Part shown: positions 1 through 6,624 of the stretch, piece after piece | How positions within the stretch are numbered: position 1 is the stretch's first letter | How the letters are laid out: the number at the start of each line of letters is the position of its first letter | Source of the DNA: Calditrichaceae bacterium | GTDB taxonomy: Bacteria > Calditrichota > Calditrichia > Calditrichales > JBFXGD01 | DNA: 10,205 bases | Direction: 5' to 3' | NCBI GenBank assembly: GCA_050178385.1 | Contig: JBFXGD010000130.1 | Coordinates: forward strand, 1 to 10,205 | Notes under the pieces: model-generated | Database searches by the model: none | The model's input: only the letters and a program-made list of their open reading frames with translations | Told to the model about the DNA's origin: nothing | Position numbers and translations under genes: made by a program

Positions 1-914
1 ATTTTTTCAAATATATCACTGAATTCATCCCAGTTCTCCTCCCGGATATTTCCGTCCTTATCCATATATAAACTGAGATCCAGAGCCACACCCAGTTTGC
101 CTATGGAGAACTCCGGCCTGATGCCGATCTGGTTATAAATCTGATCATCAATCAAAACGGCGCCGACTGAAACACCCGCGCTGAATCCGGGGCCATCACT
201 TGATCGTTTATCCGGCTTCTGTATATCATCTCCATTGGACGGCTGTGGGTCCTGTTTAATTTCATTAGGCTCCGGCTTGACCGTTTCTCCGCTTTCTGTC
301 GATTCCTGATTCATCTCTTCCGGTTGTGATGTCATTTCTTCAAAAAGATCAAAGTCCTTTTCGCTCATGAGCGATGGTGTTTGCGGCGCTTCACCCGCGA
401 TCGTGACAGACTTCTGACCTGTTTGCACCTGTATCGTTGTGACATGCGCCGGATCGCTTAAATCCACCACACCGCTTTTTACCATCAGCTCTGTCTGACC
501 GCCTTCATTAATAAGAACGAATTCGGTTCCCCTGATGGCGACAACAGCCGCGGGACTGCCTACACGGAAGTTCCCTGAAATTATTTTTTTAACCTTAAAC
601 AGAAATTTTCCAAACCCGGTGAATATTTCAATACCCGAAGTTTCCGGATTGCTGATATTTCGAAGCTCAAGCATTGAGTTTTCCGAAATGTACGTAATCG
701 AACCATCAGGAAGAAGAATCTCACAGCGTGATTTCTCACCTGTCCGGATCAGATCTTTGTTTTCCAGCTCCGTCTTTAGGGTAAGATTCTTCCAGGTTCC
801 CTGCTCGGTTGCTTTTTTCACACGCACTTCACCGATAAAGAATTTTGCCTTTGCGGTTTGCGCGAATACATTTGACGTAAATAAAATAAAAAGGACTACC
901 GTAAAAATTCGCAT
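1..914 (-). CDS. FecR-domain secreted protein with acidic linker and probable C-terminal outer-membrane beta-barrel region (3' part outside window)
   Basis: Hand translation from ATG at 914 (AGGAGG at 924-919) stays open to the window edge: MRIFTVVLFILFTSNVFA|QTAKAKFFIGEVRVKK...DLIRTGEKSRCEILLPDGSITYISENSMLEL...FRVGSPAAVVAIRGTEF...LMVKSGVVDL. This has a signal peptide plus FecR hallmarks (IRTG, L.DGS, A.RGT.F, V..G.V). It continues with an E/P/Q/D-rich linker and alternating beta-strand sequence (FSAGVSVGAV...IGIRPEFSIGKLGVALDLSLY). Not in the ORF track because it has no stop codon in the window. Confidence 0.88.
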   Translation of the reverse strand, partial: MRIFTVVLFILFTSNVFAQTAKAKFFIGEVRVKKATEQGTWKNLTLKTELENKDLIRTGEKSRCEILLPDGSITYISENSMLELRNISNPETSGIEIFTGFGKFLFKVKKIISGNFRVGSPAAVVAIRGTEFVLINEGGQTELMVKSGVVDLSDPAHVTTIQVQTGQKSVTIAGEAPQTPSLMSEKDFDLFEEMTSQPEEMNQESTESGETVKPEPNEIKQDPQPSNGDDIQKPDKRSSDGPGFSAGVSVGAVLIDDQIYNQIGIRPEFSIGKLGVALDLSLYMDKDGNIREENWDEFSDIFEK

Positions 915-1212
915 GCATCCTCCTGCTCATTAAAAAGTTCATATAATTAAACGTTGATAACCATGCATTAAATAAATAGATAAGATCATCTTTTTCACGC
1001 GGATTCCTGAGTGTCAAACGGACTTTCCCTTTCTTCCGTGAAATATCTATATCGGATATCCGGTTTAATATATTACTTTTTTTTAAAAAAGCTGATCATT
1101 CCCTTCAATTTACACAATTTAATCGGGGATTGATCGCTAAACCGGCGGAACCGGAATCCTTTTTCAATCAAAAAGCATACATCGGATGTCCAATTATAAG
1201 GAAAGGCAAGAT

Positions 1213-2682
1213 ATGAATTTTTTACGATTAATGCTTTTAATAATTTGTTTTGGTCTTAATACCGTCTCTGTTTACGCGCAGTTTGAGCTGATAGAGGCAT
1301 TTCCCAACCTTTCCTTTACACGTCCCGTCGATCTGCAATCTGCCGGGGATGACGGAAACAGGATTTTTGTTGTTGAACAGCAAGGGATTATTTATGTATT
1401 TGAAAATGATTTAGCGGTCACTCAAAAAAGTGAATTTATAAATCTTAAAGACGAGGTCAACGACTCCGGCAATGAGGAGGGACTGCTTGGATTAGCCTTT
1501 CATCCGGATTATAAAAACAACGGTTATTTTTTTGTGGATTATACCGCATCTTCTCCAAGAAGAACTGTGATCTCAAGATTTAAGGTATCGGATACAAATC
1601 CTGATTCCGCCGTAAAAATCAGCGAATTAATCATTCTTGAGATCCCCCAGCCGGAAAGCAATCACAACGGTGGTCAAATCGCTTTCGGACCGGATGGTTA
1701 TCTGTATATTGCTTTGGGAGACGGTGGAGGGGGTGGTGATCAGCATGGAACAGACGGAAACGGCCAGGATTTAACAACACTTCTCGGCTCCATTTTAAGG
1801 ATTGATGTCAATCAGGTTTCCGATACAATGAGCTATACAATCCCCGCCGATAATCCGTTCAGCAATAATCAATCAGGATACAAAGAGGAGATCTACGCAT
1901 ACGGGTTGAGAAATCCATGGCGCTTCAGTTTTGATTCTGTCACCGGAATGTTGTGGACCGCCGATGTGGGCCAAAACGCCTATGAAGAAATCGACATTAT
2001 TAAAAAGGGTAAAAATTACGGTTGGCGGATTATGGAGGCCACTCATTGTTATAATCCTTCCAGCGGGTGCGATACAACCGGGCTTACTTTTCCCATATGG
2101 GAATATGGCCGCTCATCAGGCGCATCGGTTACGGGAGGCCACGTTTACCGCGGAGAATCCGTGCCGGAATTGCAGGGAAAATACATTTACGCCGATTACG
2201 TAAGCGGCCGAATCTGGTCTCTCCTGTATGACGGCCTGAACCCTGCTGTAAATTCACTTTTGCTGGATGCATCATTTAATGTTTCTTCTTTTGGCACCGA
2301 TCAGGATAATGAATTGTATATTTGCGCGTTTGACGGAAAAATCTACCGTTTTAAACCAACGGTCGCCACATCCATTGATGATCAATCATCTCTAAAACCA
2401 GCTGAATTTATTCTTGAACACAACTATCCCAATCCATTTAACCCTGGCACCATTATTCCGTTTACCGTAAATCGTTTCTCAGAACTGGAATTAAATATTT
2501 ACAGCATAGAGGGAAAATTGGTAAATAATATTGTCAAAAATTCATTTACTGCCGGCAGATATACGGTTTACTGGGACGGGAAAAATGATGACGGACAATT
2601 ATTGCCTTCCGGTGTTTATTTTGCGCGCCTTCGATCGGATAATGGGATGACACTCACGCGGCGGTTGCTTCTTTTGAAATAA
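1213..2682 (+). CDS. PQQ-dependent sugar dehydrogenase (glucose/sorbosone dehydrogenase family beta-propeller) with C-terminal T9SS type A sorting / FlgD-Ig-like domain
   Basis: Motifs EEGLLGLAFHPDY, NHNGGQIAFGPDGYLYIALGDGG, EIYAYGLRNPWRFSFD, DVGQNAYEEID, NYGW, SVTGG.VYRG and Y.YADY.SGRIW. Signal peptide MNFLRLMLLIICFGLNTVSVYA|Q. Tail LEHNYPNPFNP...IYSIEGKLV...WDGKNDDGQLLPSGVYFARL. ATG 1213 is preferred over 1186 because GAAAGG lies upstream and the signal peptide starts there. Confidence 0.92.
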   Translation: MNFLRLMLLIICFGLNTVSVYAQFELIEAFPNLSFTRPVDLQSAGDDGNRIFVVEQQGIIYVFENDLAVTQKSEFINLKDEVNDSGNEEGLLGLAFHPDYKNNGYFFVDYTASSPRRTVISRFKVSDTNPDSAVKISELIILEIPQPESNHNGGQIAFGPDGYLYIALGDGGGGGDQHGTDGNGQDLTTLLGSILRIDVNQVSDTMSYTIPADNPFSNNQSGYKEEIYAYGLRNPWRFSFDSVTGMLWTADVGQNAYEEIDIIKKGKNYGWRIMEATHCYNPSSGCDTTGLTFPIWEYGRSSGASVTGGHVYRGESVPELQGKYIYADYVSGRIWSLLYDGLNPAVNSLLLDASFNVSSFGTDQDNELYICAFDGKIYRFKPTVATSIDDQSSLKPAEFILEHNYPNPFNPGTIIPFTVNRFSELELNIYSIEGKLVNNIVKNSFTAGRYTVYWDGKNDDGQLLPSGVYFARLRSDNGMTLTRRLLLLK

Positions 2683-2803
2683 GCATCGGGAATAATGTAA
2701 TTTTTTTTGATTAAAACAAACCTTTTCAGAATTGTCTCGTAGTCTTTTATTACAATATCTATAATTTCTTTTCAGCAGACTGTATGAAAAACGTGGAGAT
2801 GTT

Positions 2804-3592
2804 ATGAAAGCGATAATAATATGGTTGATTATCCTGGTTTCCCTGCCCGCAATGGCTGTTGATAATTCTAACGTTCGTAAATTGAATTTAAACACTGACG
2901 GAATTGAAACATTCAAAATTTATTGCGGTGCCGGATTTCTAAAAATACAAGGTGATGAAAATCTGGATGAAATTCAGGTAAATGCCGATATAGTCGGTAA
3001 AAACGGCAACGAAAAAGAAATCAGGCAGTATCTCGACGAGTACCTTAAACTTGAGCTAACAAGAGAAGGCAGTCAGGCGATTCTCAGAAGTGAGATCAAT
3101 TCAGACGGTCACTCATTTTTCTCTACTATTCTTGATAAATATCCTGATATCGAAGTCAATCTGACCGTTAAAGTGCCCGCGGCGTTGAAATTATATGTCG
3201 ACGATGGCTCCGGTTATATTGAAATCAACAACATGAATTCCTATGTTGAGATTGACGACGGCTCCGGGGATTTGGTGGTTCGGGGTGTTGGCGGCGATTT
3301 GCTCATCGATGACGGCTCAGGAGATCTGGAGATTGATGACGTATCCGGAAACGTTGATATTGACGACGGGTCTGGTCATGTTAAAATAAAGAACGTCCGG
3401 GGAAATGTTACTCTTGATGATGGAAGCGGCAATGTGAATATCAGTCAGATAGGCGGCAGCGTCAGGGTCGATGACGGCTCAGGTTCCATTACTATTGACG
3501 GTGTAGAGAAGGATGTGATTATTGATGATTCCGGTAGCGGAGGACTGGATATTACAAATGTCGCCGGCAGAATTCAACGCAATGACGATTAA
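2804..3592 (+). CDS. Secreted DUF4097-family (putative adhesin-type) beta-strand repeat protein
   Basis: GGAG upstream of the ATG, signal peptide MKAIIIWLIILVSLPAMA, 'VNLTVKVPA...L.V' segment followed by tandem DDGSG repeats typical of DUF4097 beta-helix proteins. Confidence 0.85.
   Translation: MKAIIIWLIILVSLPAMAVDNSNVRKLNLNTDGIETFKIYCGAGFLKIQGDENLDEIQVNADIVGKNGNEKEIRQYLDEYLKLELTREGSQAILRSEINSDGHSFFSTILDKYPDIEVNLTVKVPAALKLYVDDGSGYIEINNMNSYVEIDDGSGDLVVRGVGGDLLIDDGSGDLEIDDVSGNVDIDDGSGHVKIKNVRGNVTLDDGSGNVNISQIGGSVRVDDGSGSITIDGVEKDVIIDDSGSGGLDITNVAGRIQRNDD
3197..3577 (+). repeat. Seven coding tandem repeats, period 54 nt (18 aa), core [IVL]DDGSG
   Basis: The first Asp codon of each DD lies at 3200, 3254, 3308, 3362, 3416, 3470 and 3524. 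The last unit reads DDSGSG. Units differ at synonymous positions. Confidence 0.9.
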
Positions 3593-3747
3593 TTGCTTTT
3601 TGTCTATCCAAATTATTTTTTGCTCATAATATTTTTTTGCGCCCGGTAACTCTTGATTATTTTTTAAAAAAATACCCAAGAATCGGGTGGATTTATAGTC
3701 AGCTGATTTATTATTTTCTCCATGTGTTAAATCAGTGGAGAATTTTT

Positions 3748-4593
3748 ATGTCATCACATTATAATTTGATCGAAAAAGCCATTCTGTATCTGGATGATCA
3801 CTTCCGTGAACAGCCCGGGCTTGAAGAATTATCAGCGGGTCTTGGAGTCAGTTCATTCCACCTGCAAAAGGTATTTAAGCAATGGGTAGGAATCAGTCCC
3901 AAACGTTTTCTGCAGTTTCTGACCATTGATCATGCCCGAAAAGTGCTTGCCGATTCACGCAGTGTTCTGGATGCGGCTTACGACTCGGGTTTGTCCGGGC
4001 CGGGGAGGCTGCACGATCTGTTTATAAGTATTGACGCCGTTACACCGGGTGAATACAAGATTAAAGGCGCCGGTCTTAAGATAAATTACGGTTTTCATGA
4101 AAGCCCCTTCGGCTGTTGCCTGATCGCGGTAACCGGGAGAGGCATTTGCGGATTATCTTTCCATGATGAATCCGGCAGAAAAGATGGCTTAGAGACCTTA
4201 AGAAAAAACTGGCCTGATGCTGAGTTAATTGAAAATTCAGAAACAACTTCTGATTATTATCATAAAATATTTTTGCACAACGCGGATCCGGTTTCATTAA
4301 AACTATTTGTAAAAGGAACAAATTTTCAATTAAAGGTCTGGGAAGCCCTCCTGAAAATTCCCGCCGGAGCCCTTGCCTCCTATGATGATATCGCCCGCAA
4401 TATCGGACACCCTTCATCCAGCCGGGCGGTTGGCAATGCCGTCGGATCAAATCCTGTCAGCTTCATTATCCCATGCCACCGGGTTATTCATAAAATGGGA
4501 CGGATTGGCAATTATCATTGGGGGGCAGCCCGAAAAAAGGCTATATTGGGTTGGGAAGCGGCCATGCATTCAGATGTTACGGCTCCCGTCTGA
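3748..4593 (+). CDS. ada: Ada-like bifunctional AraC-type HTH / methylated-DNA-[protein]-cysteine S-methyltransferase, lacking the N-terminal Zn-binding Ada domain
   Basis: AraC HTH (QPGLEELSAGLGVSSFHLQKVFKQWVGISPKRF), GTNFQLKVWEALLKIP, SRAVGNAVGSNP and active-site IPCHRV. ATG 3748 has GGAG at 3737-3740. The ORF-track TTG start at 3637 only adds AT-rich intergenic-like sequence. Confidence 0.92.
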   Translation: MSSHYNLIEKAILYLDDHFREQPGLEELSAGLGVSSFHLQKVFKQWVGISPKRFLQFLTIDHARKVLADSRSVLDAAYDSGLSGPGRLHDLFISIDAVTPGEYKIKGAGLKINYGFHESPFGCCLIAVTGRGICGLSFHDESGRKDGLETLRKNWPDAELIENSETTSDYYHKIFLHNADPVSLKLFVKGTNFQLKVWEALLKIPAGALASYDDIARNIGHPSSSRAVGNAVGSNPVSFIIPCHRVIHKMGRIGNYHWGAARKKAILGWEAAMHSDVTAPV

Positions 4594-4644
4594 TTAAAAT
4601 TATTGTTCTCAATTATGAATTTTGGTTTTTCAAAAAAAAAATAA

Positions 4645-5280
4645 ATGATCAATACGCTAAACACTCAGACTTTCGATCAAGGATTAAGCTTCCTCTGTAA
4701 AGCAGATCCGGATCTGAAAAAAATTTATCTTCGGTTCGGAGCTCCTCCGATGTGGAACAGAGATCCCGGTTTTTCGACTCTTGTTCATATCATACTCGAA
4801 CAGCAGGTGTCACTTGCCTCCGCTAAGGCGGCTTTCGACAAATTGCGGGACACGATAAAATCCGTCACACCCGCAAATTTTACCACATTGAACGACGTGG
4901 AGCTAAAAGCTGTCGGATTCAGCCGTCAGAAAGCGCTGTATTGCAGAAATTTAGCGAATTCAATTCTTAACGGACAAATTGACCTGGATGGTTTAAACAT
5001 CCTTGATGAGGAGACCGCGAGGAAGGAATTACTCAAGCTGAAAGGCATTGGCCTATGGACAGCCGATATTTATCTATTAATGGCTTTGCGGCGATCGGAT
5101 ATTTGGCCTGACGGGGATTTAGCGCTTCAAACAGCTTTGCAAAAATTAAAATCTTTTTCGAAAAGACCTTCACGGGATGAAATGATTGACATGGCCCAAC
5201 CCTGGCGTCCCTGGCGGGCGGTGGCAGCCAGAATGATCTGGCATTACTATTTGAGCAACGGGCACAAAGACAACCTATAA
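4645..5280 (+). CDS. alkA: DNA-3-methyladenine glycosylase II (AlkA family, HhH-GPD), short form without the AlkA N-terminal domain
   Basis: FSTLVHIILEQQVSLASAKA, GFSRQKA.Y, HhH motif LKGIGLWTADIYLL, DIWPDGDL with the catalytic Asp position and WRPWRAVA. Lies 51 bp downstream of the ada-like gene on the same strand. Confidence 0.92.
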   Translation: MINTLNTQTFDQGLSFLCKADPDLKKIYLRFGAPPMWNRDPGFSTLVHIILEQQVSLASAKAAFDKLRDTIKSVTPANFTTLNDVELKAVGFSRQKALYCRNLANSILNGQIDLDGLNILDEETARKELLKLKGIGLWTADIYLLMALRRSDIWPDGDLALQTALQKLKSFSKRPSRDEMIDMAQPWRPWRAVAARMIWHYYLSNGHKDNL

Positions 5281-5390
5281 ATCATAAATTATAATCACTT
5301 CCCCAAACCGGGAAAAAAAATATTACTTCCATTTGGTGTGTAAATTTGTGAAATTATTATCACTTTAATTACAAAACGAAAAGGATTATT

Positions 5391-5843
5391 ATGGATTTAA
5401 ATACAGTGTTAAAATCTGAAAAACGGATCATTCTGGAATCTGCAATTAATATGATGAATCGCGTCCGTCTGACTCACTATGAAAAAAGTCCTGCGGAAAC
5501 CACCAGCGTAAGAATAGAAACGCTTTACGAGGTTATGAATGAGTGCGTTTTATCTAAACAGATCATTCCCATGCTTAGCTACACCGAAAAAATCGCTAAT
5601 GAAAGGCATGCCGAAGGATTTGATCTTTACGAAGTTCACTCTGCTTTTAATATCCTTGAAGAAACCATCTGGAAAGAGATTGTAAAACAGGTCCCGCCCG
5701 ATGAACTTGCCGTGGCGCTGGGAACGGTCAGCACGGTGCTTGGCGCCGGGAAAGAACATTTTGCTCAGACATATGTCTCTCTTGCGGCAAATAAAAAAGC
5801 GCCTTCGCTGAATTTGAGAGCTTTATTCGATGGTGCCGAATAA
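5391..5843 (+). CDS. Small cytoplasmic helical protein, RsbRD_N / non-heme globin-like domain, stand-alone
   Basis: AAGGA upstream of the ATG. The sequence looks all-helical, and 'YTEKIANERHAEGFDLYEVHSAFNILEETIW' matches my recollection of the R...GF...EV..A...L...IW pattern of RsbRD_N domains. The CDS is solid, the family call less so. Confidence 0.7.
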   Translation: MDLNTVLKSEKRIILESAINMMNRVRLTHYEKSPAETTSVRIETLYEVMNECVLSKQIIPMLSYTEKIANERHAEGFDLYEVHSAFNILEETIWKEIVKQVPPDELAVALGTVSTVLGAGKEHFAQTYVSLAANKKAPSLNLRALFDGAE

Positions 5844-5892
5844 AAGGGGCATTTCCGGTGTCGTTCCGGGTTTGGGGACTGGTTGATTACAT

Positions 5893-6510
5893 TTAATAGT
5901 CAAAAACCACCGGCTTATTTCCCGGTTCAAAACGGCTGTTGCATATTGCGGCGTTAATATATGTTGTTCCGTTCATTTCTTTCATACCATAACCTTCATG
6001 GATATGACCAAAAATATGATATTTTGGTTTAATTCTCATCAGTGCGGTGGTCAGTTCTTCGCACCCCACATGTTTATAACCAACAAGATCAAAAACTCCG
6101 GAAGGCGGACTGTGTGTGATCAGAATTTCTGTATTCGATGGGATAAGATCCCATTTTTCTTTCAACGCCGGTCCTCTCTTTAGATTAAACGCCCAGTCAA
6201 AAAACCAGGGCTGCCAGGGGGACCCGTAAAAATGAATGCCTTCTATTTCAGTTGATTCATCCTGGAGATAGATAGCATTGGTAATAAGTTCTCTTGCTTC
6301 ATGGGGTTGCCGTTCAAACGGGAAATCATGATTCCCGGCAATTACAATTTTATATTTATGGGGCAGGCCGGCCAGAAAACGGTTAAACTGTTCAACGCTT
6401 TGCAATGATCTCTTTGTGCACATATCTCCCGCGAAAATTAAAATATCTCCGTCGGGTACTATTATCTTATCATGATAGCCGTGTGTGTCGCTGAATGCTA
6501 CGATTCTCAA
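5893..6510 (-). CDS. Calcineurin-like metallophosphoesterase (MPPED/239FB-like subfamily)
   Basis: All five metal-binding blocks are present: SDTH, AGD, GNHD, ITHSPP, FGHIHE. Also has YGSPWQP and VGCEEL. TTG start at 6510 with AGGA upstream. Confidence 0.93.
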   Translation of the reverse strand: MRIVAFSDTHGYHDKIIVPDGDILIFAGDMCTKRSLQSVEQFNRFLAGLPHKYKIVIAGNHDFPFERQPHEARELITNAIYLQDESTEIEGIHFYGSPWQPWFFDWAFNLKRGPALKEKWDLIPSNTEILITHSPPSGVFDLVGYKHVGCEELTTALMRIKPKYHIFGHIHEGYGMKEMNGTTYINAAICNSRFEPGNKPVVFDY

Positions 6511-6550
6511 TTAAAATTTCCTGCGAAATTATAGGCGTTTTAAACCCCTA

Positions 6551-6579
6551 AATATAATTTCTTAAATTCTAACATTCAA
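6551..6579 (-). promoter_or_regulatory. Candidate sigma70-type promoter for the metallophosphoesterase
   Basis: Minus strand TTGAAT (6579-6574), 17-nt spacer, TATATT (6556-6551), about 40 nt upstream of the start codon. The AT-rich context makes chance matches plausible. Confidence 0.4.
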
Positions 6580-6624
6580 GTACGCCCATCCACGTTATTA
6601 TTATCTATATATTCGAAGGATACC

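Noticed and set aside
535..933. 132-aa plus-strand ORF, and the 62-aa minus ORF 829..1017
   Set aside because: Antisense or out-of-frame shadows of the FecR-domain gene, which has an RBS, signal peptide and family motifs.
1015..1035. Minus-strand AAAGGGAAAGTCCG resembling RNase P or cobalamin riboswitch fragments
   Set aside because: The other conserved elements (RNase P P4 partner, B12 box, GCAACTGT) are not present.
3197..3577. 54-nt periodic repeats as a CRISPR array or VNTR
   Set aside because: The units are in-frame coding repeats that vary at synonymous positions, with no identical DNA repeat or spacer structure and no cas genes.
3637..3747. N-terminal extension of the Ada-like ORF as a remnant Zn domain
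   Set aside because: No cysteines, AT-rich regulatory-looking sequence, and a good RBS precedes ATG 3748.
4632..4641. A10 tract just upstream of alkA as a phase-variation switch
   Set aside because: It is non-coding, and similar A/T runs occur in most intergenic regions of this window.
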